From a virus (taxonomy: Duplodnaviria; Caudoviricetes): a stretch of 64,000 nucleotides of DNA. The DNA lies in IMG/VR virus record IMGVR_UViG_2879998633_000003, positions 32,001 to 96,000 of that record. The stretch is one strand, 5' to 3'. The notes beneath the pieces were generated by a model that saw only the letters and a list, made by a program, of their open reading frames with translations, had not been told where the DNA came from and did no database searches. The position numbers and the translations under genes were made by a program. This document shows positions 36,298 to 46,999 of this stretch, in pieces. The stretch's first letter is position 1; every line of letters begins with the position of its first letter.

Positions 36298-39200
36298 CTA
36301 AGCTACGTCGCCAGGGTATGTAGCGTCGTCGTATGCGTAAAAGATTTCTTTATATTCCGGGGCTGTGACCTGGCAAGTACAGTCATCAGACGGGACAATT
36401 TCCTGAACGATACCGTGCCGCGCCCCCTTCTCACTGTCACAAAACAACAGGCGAGGTAATTCAACATCCGGATCATCCATTATCCAGTCTTCCGGGTGTA
36501 GGTCGTCGTTGAACGGTATAGTAAGGGTGAAGTCATCGACACGTGTCGGCGTTAGCAAACGAGTCGACGGCCGTCCCCCCTGAAACTGAATCCAGCAGCG
36601 CGGATTAGCATAGCTCCAGTCAAGAAGCTCAGTGACTGTTAACGTGATAACTTCATCATCGAATGTCACGCCTTCTATCAGACAGCTGATTGTTTTACCC
36701 GTCGGAATATCATCAGAAAGAATGATGTGATCGCCAAACTGATAGCACCAGCCAAGAAGCTCAGTTGTGCATTCATAGGTCCTGCGCTGGTGCAGATATT
36801 TCATGAGCCTGCGCATACCTATCCGGTAAGCACGATCTGCAGTCATTACAATGCCCAGAGAGTACGACTCCACTTTGCGTGGCACAGGATTATCAGCAGT
36901 CCGACACTGAACGATTTCTTCTGCCCAGGTAACCGGATTGATATATGTGACGTCAACACCGTCATAGTCATCATCGGAAGGGGCCCTGAATGAGGTCTGC
37001 ATTTCTTCAACCGTATCCTGAGGGGTAATGATCCCGGTCCAGTTTTTGACGCCTTCACGCCCGGCAGACAAGAGCCCGTCTGACAACAAAAAATAACTCA
37101 TGCCTGCTTCAGTGATTTTGTCGAAAATATCTTTTGCTGAAGCACTGTCGCTGCTTGCCTCATAATCAAAATACTCTCCCCTTGACGTCCACCAGGCAGT
37201 TTCAAGAGCATTTATTGCAGAGGTGTCGAGCTGATTAGCATTAAATCCAAGACTATTTGCCACATGACGGAATGCGCCGCTTATAGTTCTGTTACCTCCA
37301 CTGTCATATTCACGGGTAGCGATCACGCTGACGCGCCTGTCAGACTGTGCCGCCAGCTTCCCCCCGGTTTCAACGGTAATTGCCCAGGTTGTTACACCTG
37401 AGTAGGATACCGGTCTTGCCAGAAGCCTCCCTCTCAAAGCCTGCCAGTACATATTGTCGCGCGCGTTATTACTGCCCTGCTCATTGCGTCGACGACAGCG
37501 AACCTCTACCAGCCCCGGAGAACTGAGGGTGATCCGCTCAGTGAAACCTAACCCGTTGATGTTTTTAAGCGCGTACTCTCCCTGGTGACTCACCCACCCC
37601 GATCCGGAACCGTAGACGCGATACTGAATCTCCCACTCAACATGCCGGAGCCGCTTTTTCCCCTTACTGTCGAAGCCACAGATGCCGTTCGGGAAGGAGA
37701 AATTCACCTCGAATGCATCCACCACTTCATTCTCAGGGCATACGAGGAAAGGCCCCAGCCAGCTCAGCGTGTCATTGAGTCCGGTGGCCTCATAGTCGAT
37801 CATCGTCCTGGCGATGAATCCCGGCCATGACTCATCAACGGCACCGGAAACCAGGCGCTCCACTGTCACCGTTGTGCCGTCTGACGAGACGATCTGGTAT
37901 TCGTTGCCACGGTGAGCAAGTGAAAGCCGTTGCACCCCCTCCGGCATGCCGGAGAAAGCCGTTCCCGTAGTGCTGTTATACGCAAGCGTCACGTTTGCCG
38001 TTACCGCCGGGCTGCCGCCGGTTGATGCCGTACCGGAGGTGTAAACCGGGGCATCACCGAAAACGGCTGCAGGCAGCGAGGAGGATGTGATTGCCCCACC
38101 AACGAACGGACTGGCCGCCTCGGCTATCAGTACGGTACCGCCGTTGTCCCGCGCGACCAGACCGGAGCCAGTGAGCCCCTCGGTGATGGCTGCCAGCAGT
38201 CCAGACATCGAGATGTAGTTCGCTACCAGCGATACCGTATAGGTAGTGCCCTGCCATGTGATCATGAAAGTGCTAGAGCTGGTTGAAAAGTCGTAGGTAA
38301 CAGGAGCGGCACTGGCCTGAATTTTTGCCGCGCTACCACCCTCGCCAGGCACCGCCTCCTGACCCGGGGTATAGGACGCAATGACGAGGTCATAATCGAC
38401 ACTGTTGAAACTCAGCGTCACCGGCATACCCGCTACAGGAGCAAGTTCGGTAAGCAACGAGCTGGCAAAGACACTGTAACCAGAAGAAGCGGAGATCAGA
38501 TAATTCGTCGGCGCCTTAATTTCAACTATGGCCCTCGTTACCCAGCTGTCCGGGAGAGAATTATCATCCTCGTCGTCATCGTCGCCATCATCCGTATCAA
38601 GACCTGTAAATGTTACGGATGCACCAGAAACCGTCATGCTGTCAGCGATAATATCATCGGAATCAGGCGAGGTCTGGGCCATATCCAGCCCTGTTCCGCT
38701 TGATGTTCCGCCGACTTCTGTCGAGTTGAACCAGTTTTCACTTCGGGGATCAGAAGATACGTCCTCTCCTGGCTGGTACACCTTATCGCTGAAACCATCA
38801 CCCAGCGAGGCTGCCGGGGTTTCTCCAATCCGTTTATCTCCTCCCGTAAACGAAAATCTCCCCTGCCCGACGCAAAGAAACATTTCGACCGTCATTCGCG
38901 TTGGATCATCGGGGTCAAAACGGGTAACCGGCTGCACCAGATAATCAGGATAGATGCGGCATCGACCAAACACCTCACGTATCGGGTCTCCAAGTTTCGC
39001 TGTGTTAGCTTTTGCAGGGTTTAGCTCCAGCGAACGACCACTACCCGATGAATAACCACCGAGATCGACTTTCGGCCCGAAGAACAACGAGTAGGCTGCG
39101 CTGGCAGCTGAAATCGCAACAGATACCCAGACGGCAATTTCCAGCCCCGTTCCATAAGGAACAGGGTAAATTCTGATATCACTGTCTGGGCTCAACTGGC

Positions 39201-39381
39201 AAAGCGGCCACTCATCGGGAGAAAGTTGGCGACCATTTAATTCAACGGCAATTGGGTGAGATCTTTCCAGGCTATATCCAGGAACATTTCTGACCATCCA
39301 TTGGTGCAGCGTAATATTGCCATGTTCATGAGTTTCAAGCGGTGCTCCGGGTATCCGGGAAGGGTAAATTCTTATCGTCAT
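36298..39381 (-). CDS. Tail tip / host-specificity protein (J-like)
   Basis: AKLGDPIREVFGR..IYPD; 1027 aa; follows NlpC/P60. Confidence 0.8.
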   Translation of the reverse strand: MTIRIYPSRIPGAPLETHEHGNITLHQWMVRNVPGYSLERSHPIAVELNGRQLSPDEWPLCQLSPDSDIRIYPVPYGTGLEIAVWVSVAISAASAAYSLFFGPKVDLGGYSSGSGRSLELNPAKANTAKLGDPIREVFGRCRIYPDYLVQPVTRFDPDDPTRMTVEMFLCVGQGRFSFTGGDKRIGETPAASLGDGFSDKVYQPGEDVSSDPRSENWFNSTEVGGTSSGTGLDMAQTSPDSDDIIADSMTVSGASVTFTGLDTDDGDDDDEDDNSLPDSWVTRAIVEIKAPTNYLISASSGYSVFASSLLTELAPVAGMPVTLSFNSVDYDLVIASYTPGQEAVPGEGGSAAKIQASAAPVTYDFSTSSSTFMITWQGTTYTVSLVANYISMSGLLAAITEGLTGSGLVARDNGGTVLIAEAASPFVGGAITSSSLPAAVFGDAPVYTSGTASTGGSPAVTANVTLAYNSTTGTAFSGMPEGVQRLSLAHRGNEYQIVSSDGTTVTVERLVSGAVDESWPGFIARTMIDYEATGLNDTLSWLGPFLVCPENEVVDAFEVNFSFPNGICGFDSKGKKRLRHVEWEIQYRVYGSGSGWVSHQGEYALKNINGLGFTERITLSSPGLVEVRCRRRNEQGSNNARDNMYWQALRGRLLARPVSYSGVTTWAITVETGGKLAAQSDRRVSVIATREYDSGGNRTISGAFRHVANSLGFNANQLDTSAINALETAWWTSRGEYFDYEASSDSASAKDIFDKITEAGMSYFLLSDGLLSAGREGVKNWTGIITPQDTVEEMQTSFRAPSDDDYDGVDVTYINPVTWAEEIVQCRTADNPVPRKVESYSLGIVMTADRAYRIGMRRLMKYLHQRRTYECTTELLGWCYQFGDHIILSDDIPTGKTISCLIEGVTFDDEVITLTVTELLDWSYANPRCWIQFQGGRPSTRLLTPTRVDDFTLTIPFNDDLHPEDWIMDDPDVELPRLLFCDSEKGARHGIVQEIVPSDDCTCQVTAPEYKEIFYAYDDATYPGDVA

Positions 39382-39758
39382 TGCCAGAACTCCACACGGT
39401 TAAACCGACGGACAAATCGCGGAAGAGGTAGAAAGGTGACATTGGTTCCCGGATTACATTCGGCAACCTGCAACTGGCCATCCAGCAAAACTACGATACC
39501 AACATGCGTCACGGTTGATCCTGAATAACAAGCTACCCCGGCCCCGACACAAGGCTCGCAGCGTGTGAGGGATTTCATAAACTTCCTGGCCTCACGATCG
39601 AGCCCTCCCTCATCTTTCGTCACGCCGGAAAAATCCGGCCATAGCGGGAGAAGGAGATCGCCGCGGATTTCATTGATAATGCCGAAACAGTCGAGCTCAG
39701 GATAAACGCGCCCGCCCTTCAGCCATTTGACCGAAAGGTATTTATCAGAATGGAACAT
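39378..39758 (-). CDS. Tail assembly NlpC/P60 protein
   Basis: GGR...LDCFG...HVGIV. Confidence 0.85.
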   Translation of the reverse strand: MFHSDKYLSVKWLKGGRVYPELDCFGIINEIRGDLLLPLWPDFSGVTKDEGGLDREARKFMKSLTRCEPCVGAGVACYSGSTVTHVGIVVLLDGQLQVAECNPGTNVTFLPLPRFVRRFNRVEFWQ

Positions 39759-39767
39759 GTGAATACC

Positions 39768-40253
39768 TCAGGAAGACATGTAACGAAGACCGGGATGTTC
39801 AGCCAGGTTATAACGGTTACGCGGCCAGGCCGTTTTAAGGATGTTCATATATCCGGCAGTTACCTGCACCGCAGTTGCCGTCCACGATCCGGATTTCACA
39901 TCAAGGGTGTAAGGCGATGCCGCCGGCGCAGATAAATCAGAGGAGATGTACCGCCGAAAAGTCAGTGTTGCCGATTTCATTTCGTCCAGAATTCTGTCAA
40001 TCGCATCGGATACGACACCATCGATGTTACTGATGGAAAATTTCAGATCTTGCGTTCCGTCGGCATTCCTGGCAGGCAATGCTATATCGATAGCACACCC
40101 TTCAAACGTTACCTGCTGTCCGTCTTCTAACGAGACAGTAATATTGTCCCACCCGCGGGTAAGCCAGTAGTTCTGATCACCTGCCGTGATCTGCAGCGTG
40201 TCGTGAATGACTTCAGAGCCGCTGCTTGCATAAAGTTGCTCAAGAATTGTCAT
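39768..40253 (-). CDS. Minor tail protein (DUF1833-like)
   Basis: LYASSGSEV; IALPARNADGTQDL; synteny. Confidence 0.75.
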   Translation of the reverse strand: MTILEQLYASSGSEVIHDTLQITAGDQNYWLTRGWDNITVSLEDGQQVTFEGCAIDIALPARNADGTQDLKFSISNIDGVVSDAIDRILDEMKSATLTFRRYISSDLSAPAASPYTLDVKSGSWTATAVQVTAGYMNILKTAWPRNRYNLAEHPGLRYMSS

Positions 40254-40713
40254 GCTCAGGCCACTCTCTGTTTAGCGCAATATCCAGTAACGACTGACCA
40301 GCCAGCCATTCCGGGAAATTCCCCCATCCTGCAGGCGGTAACGGACGCTCCCATAACTCCAGCGTTGCGCTGTACTGCCAGTATTTTGGCGCTACCAGAG
40401 TCGGTCCTTCGTATATATCAACGAAACGGGCTTTATAGGGCTTTACACCGATGGGGGTCTGTAATCTCAAATAAAACCAGGACTGTCCATCTTTCAGCAC
40501 GTCCCGGAAAAAAGCCTCAAATACCTGCGCCAACCCATCAGTTTTAAAAATCCATTTAACCGAGGCCTGGGTGGGTGTTGAGGTGTATCGCCGCCTTTGC
40601 CTTGCTCGACCGGACGTCATTTCCGTTCGCAGTAACGGTGAGATGGGCTTAAAACCGTACCCGTCCATAAGAGGCATGGGCAGGTACTCATCCGGATAGA
40701 TAATATCCGCCAT
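40240..40713 (-). CDS. Distal tail protein
   Basis: LRTEMTSGRARQRRRY; follows the tape measure gene. Confidence 0.75.
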   Translation of the reverse strand: MADIIYPDEYLPMPLMDGYGFKPISPLLRTEMTSGRARQRRRYTSTPTQASVKWIFKTDGLAQVFEAFFRDVLKDGQSWFYLRLQTPIGVKPYKARFVDIYEGPTLVAPKYWQYSATLELWERPLPPAGWGNFPEWLAGQSLLDIALNREWPEHDNS

Positions 40714-40733
40714 TAACTTTCCCTCCGGGCAGT

Positions 40734-43700
40734 CTAGCGTGGTTTTTTGGGCTGTAGATTGGAGTAGATGGCACGACCGAATTTCTTTTGAGGATTATTT
40801 ACTTCAGCAGTGAGCGTGTTAATTATGCGTCGTTCCAGCGCAGCATTCCTGCGATCTACTGCCAGCATTGTTGCGTCGTCAGGTTGCCCGCTAAACGTGC
40901 TACGGGCATCAACACTGACCGCGATTCGTGGTTGCGCCTCAATCTGCCTTGCAGCATCCTGGACTGCCGGTGACTCACGTCCAACCGCACGAACCCCCAG
41001 CGAACCATCAGCGCCACGGGTCAGGGGCATAATCGCTTCCGGGCCAGCTTCACCGAACACGCCCGCGCCTTTCGCAAAGGCAAAATATTGGGGAGTGCTG
41101 TATACCCCGCCGCTGTATGCGGAAAGTGAAGGCGAATCGTAGACACCACCGAGGGCATTAAAGGCAAAAGACGATCCGAAGCTTTGCAGCGCAGTTCCAC
41201 TACTTGCTGCTCCACTTGCTCCACCAAAAAGACTACCGAACATCCCACCAGCACCACCGCCGAACGACGCCATAATCGCTTTGGTGATTAACGCCTGTGT
41301 TGCCATCTGGATCAGCGTCTTAATCACTGTTTCTCCAAGAGACATAAAAATGTTCGACATACCGTCTTTAAAGCTGGTTGCCCCGGTAAGAAGGTCTGTC
41401 ATATTGGTGGAGATCGAGTTTGTGACATTATTCAGAATCTCGCTGGTCGCCGTCGCTGACATTGAACTCAGGTCAGCAGCCTGATCGGCGTAGTTCATCA
41501 GTGAATCGCTGATCCCCGCCCGCCAGTCTGACTGCTGTTCATCAGTTTTCTTGTAGTAGTCTTCCTGAATCTGGAGCCGTTCAGCAAGCGTCGCCTGCAG
41601 CGCTTCCGTTTGCTGTTTGTACAGGTCCTCAGAAATCTGACCTTTGCTGAAATCCCGCTGCAGGTCCCGCTGCTGTTCGAGAAAATCAGTACGAATATCT
41701 GCCATTTCCTTCATGCGGTCGCGGGCCTTATCCCCCATCCCGGCCCCAAGAAAATCAATACTCCCACGGTCACGCGCAGCAGCATTACTATCAGCCAGCC
41801 CCTCACGGAACGTTTTTAACTGTTCAGCAATTTTTTTCTGATCGATAAGTGCTGCATTGTGCAGAAGCGTTTCTTTTTTATATTGTTCAAGGGTGTGCAG
41901 CTCCCCCTGTGTAACCTGATATTTAATTTTTGCCAGCTCAGTATTCTGGCTTTCCAGGGCTATTTGTTCACGCTGCTGTTTTAGCAAGCGCTTATAAACA
42001 TCCTCTGCTTTTTCTTCATCAGTCTTGGGCCCCTTCCTTTTTGGCTTATTGGCTTCGTTATTTCTCCACTCAGCAATTCCATTATTAATTAATTCTTGCC
42101 TGGCCTTATAGAACTGCGGTTCATTCGTTAACCCTAAATCATCTGCAGCATAGCCAAGCCTGGTGCGCTCTTTGTCTTCACCTTTGCGTTTGGAAAGATC
42201 CAAATCTCGGCGACTTTTCTCAAGGGCATTTGTTTGCTGTGATGTTAAATCAGCCTGAGGCATTCGCATTGGCGCGTTAACCAATCCCTGCCGGGCCATC
42301 AGTAAATTATTTCCTAGCCCAAGGAGACGGTTAAATTCTGTATGCTGACCATTCATCATTATCAAAGATTGATAGGCAGCATTCTGTTCAGCGGCTTGCT
42401 GGCGAATAAGAACGACTCGACGATGCTCAATACCCTCAAGCACCCGTTGAATTTCCTGTGCTTTATCCTGCAGTTGCGTTAAACGCTCCTGCTCTACAGC
42501 CAATGATTCAGTTGCAGAGGCCAATCCTTTCGTTGCCGCCTCTACGCTCGTGAGGTGGTTTATCATAAAACCACCACTCGTAGTTGGCCCCCTGTTGGCG
42601 AGCATATATTGATACCCGGCGATATCTTCTTTTAACGCTTTAACCTTGCTAGATTGTTCCGATATAAGTCGATTTTGCTCTTTTAGTGATTTGCGCGCCT
42701 TATCTTCGTTGTCAGAGGCCTCAGTTAGCGTCATCGTTTTAGATCTGTCGCTAACCTCCTGAATAGTGCTAGCGTACTCCTGAGCTGATTTACGGGCCTG
42801 TTCCTGATTCTGATAAACAGCGTACCATGCACCAGCCCCCAGCATAACTAACCCTGGTATACCACCGATCAGGCCAAGGGCGCCGCTCATCAACCGGGTG
42901 CCGACAGAGGTAACGCTGTTAAGGTTATTTTGGGCAGAGACCCGACCTGCAATATTACGACCAAGAGCGGACTGAGCCGCAGCCAATTTTCTTTCTGCAA
43001 TAGCCTGTGCGTCGGCATTTTTTGCAGCCACAAGCCCAGCCTGAGCCCGCTCCAGAGCTGTTCGTGCTCGTACTTTTTCTGCAGCTGTCCCGGTGGCGAG
43101 GGCTGTAGTCAATCGACTCTGTGCCGCGGTAACCCTTGCTTCTGCGGCCGCGACCCTCTCCTGTTGAGCAGCCTGAACATCTGCACTTTTAGCACTCTGA
43201 AGGGCTTGCTGGGCGCGATAAACGGCGGCGCGGGAAGCGGCAACAGAAGATTGTGCCGCTTTTTCCTGAGCGACTGCAAGAGCCACCTCGGATTTTGCCG
43301 CTGAGATAAGTGCGCCAGTAGCACTGCTTGCGCTGGTAACAATCCCGCCAAGATACCGTGCTAATCCAATCCCAACCAGACCACCTGCAGCGGTGGTAAC
43401 CAGTGACATATTATCTGCTACGTCACTGAGGGCCCCGCTGACAGCGGAAGATGTAAGAGAATCCAGGGTCTTTGCCAACCCATCAAGGCCACCAGAAAGT
43501 GCATCTGTCGCGCCAGTCGCCTGGTTCACCCCACCAATCCAGGCCATAAAGGAGTTAGTGACTTTTTGCATTGAACCGGAAACTGTCGGAGGTAACGCGG
43601 AAAATTCGCCTTGTAACACGCCTAACTGACTGATTAAAGCTGGTACGACTTTATCTATCGTGAGTTTCCCCTGATCAGCCATTGCTTTAAGGTCTTTTCG

Positions 43701-44327
43701 GGCAACCCCCATACCAGCAGCCAGGGCACGGATAACACGATCCCCAGATTCGTTAACTGCATTAAACTCCTCACCACGCAAAACCCCCTGTGCAAGCGCC
43801 TGGCTAAACTGGGTAATAACAGAACTGGATTCTTCTGTGCTTGCACCAGAGAGCTTGAGCCCCGTGGATACAGCCTCAGTTATTTTAAGCACTTCATCAG
43901 AGCTATATCCAAATTCACGCATAGATGCTGCAGCGCGTGAAAATAAATTGGCGTTATCAGTAAAAGCAGTACCCGTACTCTGGCTAATCGCCATTAAACG
44001 AGTCTGAGATAAAGTGAAATCGTTTGAGGAAACCGAAGCCTGTTTAAGTCTTGCGTTTACGGAGTTCCACTGGTCAGCAATTTGAGCTAATTTACCAGTG
44101 GCAAATGCAGCTGCTGCTGCCGTAGCGGCCCGACCAGCAGAAGCAAATCCATCCGTTAACTCGGAAAGAGCCTTTTGGCTTTCCTTTGCTGCGATTGCGG
44201 CCTGACGACCACCATTCTGCATGGTTTTATAATAATCCTGCCCCATGCGTGACGCGCGGGCTATCTCAGTCTGGAATGACTGAGAGTTAGCAGAAACTTT
44301 AATGATAAGTTCACGCAGGGTTGCCAT
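40734..44327 (-). CDS. Tail tape measure protein
   Basis: 1197 aa, Ala-rich helical; QFSQALAQGVLRGEEFNAV; FGEAGPEAIMPL. Confidence 0.95.
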   Translation of the reverse strand: MATLRELIIKVSANSQSFQTEIARASRMGQDYYKTMQNGGRQAAIAAKESQKALSELTDGFASAGRAATAAAAAFATGKLAQIADQWNSVNARLKQASVSSNDFTLSQTRLMAISQSTGTAFTDNANLFSRAAASMREFGYSSDEVLKITEAVSTGLKLSGASTEESSSVITQFSQALAQGVLRGEEFNAVNESGDRVIRALAAGMGVARKDLKAMADQGKLTIDKVVPALISQLGVLQGEFSALPPTVSGSMQKVTNSFMAWIGGVNQATGATDALSGGLDGLAKTLDSLTSSAVSGALSDVADNMSLVTTAAGGLVGIGLARYLGGIVTSASSATGALISAAKSEVALAVAQEKAAQSSVAASRAAVYRAQQALQSAKSADVQAAQQERVAAAEARVTAAQSRLTTALATGTAAEKVRARTALERAQAGLVAAKNADAQAIAERKLAAAQSALGRNIAGRVSAQNNLNSVTSVGTRLMSGALGLIGGIPGLVMLGAGAWYAVYQNQEQARKSAQEYASTIQEVSDRSKTMTLTEASDNEDKARKSLKEQNRLISEQSSKVKALKEDIAGYQYMLANRGPTTSGGFMINHLTSVEAATKGLASATESLAVEQERLTQLQDKAQEIQRVLEGIEHRRVVLIRQQAAEQNAAYQSLIMMNGQHTEFNRLLGLGNNLLMARQGLVNAPMRMPQADLTSQQTNALEKSRRDLDLSKRKGEDKERTRLGYAADDLGLTNEPQFYKARQELINNGIAEWRNNEANKPKRKGPKTDEEKAEDVYKRLLKQQREQIALESQNTELAKIKYQVTQGELHTLEQYKKETLLHNAALIDQKKIAEQLKTFREGLADSNAAARDRGSIDFLGAGMGDKARDRMKEMADIRTDFLEQQRDLQRDFSKGQISEDLYKQQTEALQATLAERLQIQEDYYKKTDEQQSDWRAGISDSLMNYADQAADLSSMSATATSEILNNVTNSISTNMTDLLTGATSFKDGMSNIFMSLGETVIKTLIQMATQALITKAIMASFGGGAGGMFGSLFGGASGAASSGTALQSFGSSFAFNALGGVYDSPSLSAYSGGVYSTPQYFAFAKGAGVFGEAGPEAIMPLTRGADGSLGVRAVGRESPAVQDAARQIEAQPRIAVSVDARSTFSGQPDDATMLAVDRRNAALERRIINTLTAEVNNPQKKFGRAIYSNLQPKKPR

Positions 44328-44387
44328 TTTATTTCCTCAGAAACAAAAAACCCCACATTGTGGGGCTTTTATATGATTTCAATATTA

Positions 44388-44629
44388 TTAAATTAAACCA
44401 GCTTTTTTCCTTGCTTCTTCCAGATAATCTTTTTCTGGTTCCTCTTTTTTATGAGCAAGTGCAATCAGAAGATCAATTTGAGCACTTTGCTTTTCAGATA
44501 TTTCTTTAAGCATAGCGATCTGATCATTAGCTCTTACGCTTCCTCTGTTCAGGAAATACCAGATAACAAGATCAATAAGGCGAGCAAAAAAAAAAAAAAA
44601 AATAATAATATCCAGCCAGTAATAGTCAT
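44388..44629 (-). pseudogene. YebO-like membrane moron, frameshifted in a T17 run
   Basis: GGAG RBS and ATG at 44629; WYFLNRGSVRANDQI motif is in another frame after the A17 tract at 44586-44602. Confidence 0.6.
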
Positions 44630-44701
44630 TTAATGCACTCCGTGTGTCAAAAAAACAACATAACACCTGTAATGAGTGGCATCCACACGAATTATTACTG
44701 G

Positions 44702-45007
44702 CTATGCTGACGCAGTCAGCAGCGCCGCTTCCAGCCCTGCAAATGGATCGCCGCCGTCGTTTACCTCATCCTCTTCTGTGCTCCACTGAAGCTGAGCATC
44801 TTCAATGGTGACTTTACTGCCCTGCGCTCCGTAAACCGCAGATACCAGCTGAGCATTGAGAATATCGCCGCGAATATCGCCGATTGGGCTGATACGGTCG
44901 TATTCAGCCCACATCCTGAATTCGCCGACCGTCATGGTTTGTCGCAGTTCGCCCAGCGTGCGGCCCATCCGGAGCGCCAGCGCCATCAGGAACTGCATGC
45001 CAGGCAT
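44702..45007 (-). CDS. Tail assembly chaperone, gpT-like (-1 frame extension)
   Basis: FLMALALRMGRTLGEL; -1 frame relative to the gpG-like gene. Confidence 0.8.
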   Translation of the reverse strand: MPGMQFLMALALRMGRTLGELRQTMTVGEFRMWAEYDRISPIGDIRGDILNAQLVSAVYGAQGSKVTIEDAQLQWSTEEDEVNDGGDPFAGLEAALLTASA

Positions 45008-45009
45008 TT

Positions 45010-45414
45010 TTACTTTGCTTTAGCATCATCCGCGTCACGAATGAGATCAAGTGCCTGCTTCAACAGCCGGGAATGCACAGGGCCATAGATCGCTTCAACC
45101 TGTTCGGTGTCATCGACAGTAAAGACGGGCTGCAGGTCGGTATCCAGCAAAATATCGATGAAAAGCGTGACATCAGCCCGCATCGTGCGGAACGCTCGTT
45201 CTGCAGGGGTGAGTTCAGGTACCTCTGGTGCTTCCTGCCCTTCCGGTGATTTGGGTAGTTCCGGGCTGGCAATGCCCTGCCAACGAATCCAGGCTTCTGC
45301 CGATGGCTCACGAATGATGACTTTGGCGTTATCCCACTCCGGAACGGTGACTTCTTTTTTACGAAAGCCCGCCATCGGGGCCAGTGCCAGTGCTTTAAGA
45401 CTCAGTTTTGACAT
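45010..45414 (-). CDS. Tail assembly chaperone, gpG-like
   Basis: FRKKEVTVPEW...REPS; between tube and tape measure genes. Confidence 0.8.
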   Translation of the reverse strand: MSKLSLKALALAPMAGFRKKEVTVPEWDNAKVIIREPSAEAWIRWQGIASPELPKSPEGQEAPEVPELTPAERAFRTMRADVTLFIDILLDTDLQPVFTVDDTEQVEAIYGPVHSRLLKQALDLIRDADDAKAK

Positions 45415-45444
45415 TAAGTTTATCGCCGGTTTCCCGGCGCTCCA

Positions 45445-46149
45445 TTAACTGATGGTGACGGTGTGATCAGCAGAGGTGATAACGGTGCCATCGGCATCGG
45501 TAACCACGCAGGAATAAACCCCGGCATCACCGGATACAGCGCTGGCTTTCGTAAACGTTGCGCTGGTCTGGCCGCTGACCGTCGAGGTACCCTTTTTCCA
45601 GACGTAGGTATAAGGTGCCGTACCGCCCTGGACGACCACGCCCATAGTCAGGGCGCTTCCTGCCGCGACCGTTTGGGACGCCGGAAGGTCAGTAGCAAAA
45701 GACAGGACTCCTGGGGCATTAATATTGGTGGGTTTGCCTTTCAGACGTAGCGAGAACGTTGCAGCAACAACACCGTTGGTTTGAGAATCCCAGGTGTGCT
45801 GACGTACCTCAGAGCGCATCAGGAATCCATTACCAGACGGGAAAATAACCTTAAATCCATAAACCCCGTCGTTATCATATGCTGCACGAAGTGCATCCTG
45901 CGCCGGGTTGCGGTAGAAGTTACCGGAAAGTGACATTTCAGACGGAGCAGGAAGGCCGTTGATATTTTCCGTTTCATCCGAACACAGCACTGTTACGTCA
46001 ATATCGTTTTTCTGACCAGCGGTAAAGCTGGCCTGTTTGATAGTGCAACTCAGGTTTAACCAGGTTGCGGTATCCAGCTCTGCCGCGGTGACCGGCACAG
46101 AGGTAATCATTACTACCGTTTTTTGGGCACGTTCAAATAGTGCTGACAT
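45445..46149 (-). CDS. Major tail tube protein with a C-terminal Ig-like domain
   Basis: IDVTVLCS.E.E..NGLP; C-terminal YTYVWKK...DAGVYSCVV. Confidence 0.88.
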   Translation of the reverse strand: MSALFERAQKTVVMITSVPVTAAELDTATWLNLSCTIKQASFTAGQKNDIDVTVLCSDETENINGLPAPSEMSLSGNFYRNPAQDALRAAYDNDGVYGFKVIFPSGNGFLMRSEVRQHTWDSQTNGVVAATFSLRLKGKPTNINAPGVLSFATDLPASQTVAAGSALTMGVVVQGGTAPYTYVWKKGTSTVSGQTSATFTKASAVSGDAGVYSCVVTDADGTVITSADHTVTIS

Positions 46150-46205
46150 CGCAGCCTCCATAAATGAAAAAACCGCCAGCGGCGGTCGGATTGGATTGGT
46201 TTTTG

Positions 46206-46553
46206 TCAGGCAATAACCGTTATTTCGAGGGTTGCCCGATGAAGATGGGTTGTCGTGTCGTAGCCAGGAATTTTTGTCACCTCGACAGGTGAAAGCACCT
46301 GCAGGCGAGCCAGCGCATCCAGGCGTAACGCCCGGGCTTCGTCATTCGTTTCAGCCCATACATCAACCTGAATACGCAGTGTCGACTCTGCCTGGCCGCA
46401 GAAAACATCCCCGGCAACATCAGTCGGTATCGAGAAAATGATGTAAGGCGCGGGAACATCGGGAAGGCCGTCGCTGCCCAGCGATACTACATACGGATAA
46501 ACCCGCCCGTCTGCCAGCGGCGACAGCAGGTCATAGAGATCATCTTCTGTCAT
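46206..46553 (-). CDS. Tail terminator (DUF3168-like)
   Basis: RIQVDVWA motif; synteny. Confidence 0.75.
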   Translation of the reverse strand: MTEDDLYDLLSPLADGRVYPYVVSLGSDGLPDVPAPYIIFSIPTDVAGDVFCGQAESTLRIQVDVWAETNDEARALRLDALARLQVLSPVEVTKIPGYDTTTHLHRATLEITVIA

Positions 46554-46999
46554 TTAGCCAGCACCTCATCAATAGCCTGATTCATCCGCTGCATCGCCAC
46601 CTGCGCAGCCTCTTCCATGCGGGTATCAAAGGCAGGACGAACAAACGGATGTGCTGGCGCCGTAGATGTTCCCAGCTCCACAAAGCGCCAGTAAAACGCA
46701 TTCCGCTTGTTGCTGGCCTTCATGGTGTTGTCGCTGTTCCCCGTTCGGGGGTTAACGCCACGAATATGCACCCCCGATGAAATTTCACCGCGACGGTGGC
46801 TTTTCTGGGTGACAACAACAACGTTTTTCTTCAGTTTGCCGGTTTTCTCCGGAGCGCGATCAATAACCTCCTGGCGGAGCAATTCGGCGCCAGCACGGGT
46901 CGACTCCCGGAGCACTTTATTATTTTCGGCCTTGCTGAGCGTTTGCAGATCGCGGGCGATATCCTGCAGCCCGGAAAAATCCAGATTCACATCAATCAT
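46550..46999 (-). CDS. HK97 gp10-like tail completion protein
   Basis: AP..TGKLKKN; FYWRFVELGT...PAHPFVRPAFD. Confidence 0.85.
   Translation of the reverse strand: MIDVNLDFSGLQDIARDLQTLSKAENNKVLRESTRAGAELLRQEVIDRAPEKTGKLKKNVVVVTQKSHRRGEISSGVHIRGVNPRTGNSDNTMKASNKRNAFYWRFVELGTSTAPAHPFVRPAFDTRMEEAAQVAMQRMNQAIDEVLAK

Noticed and set aside
44388-44666. 92-aa ORF starting at 44666
   Set aside because: Lacks an RBS; better explained as a frameshifted gene starting at 44629
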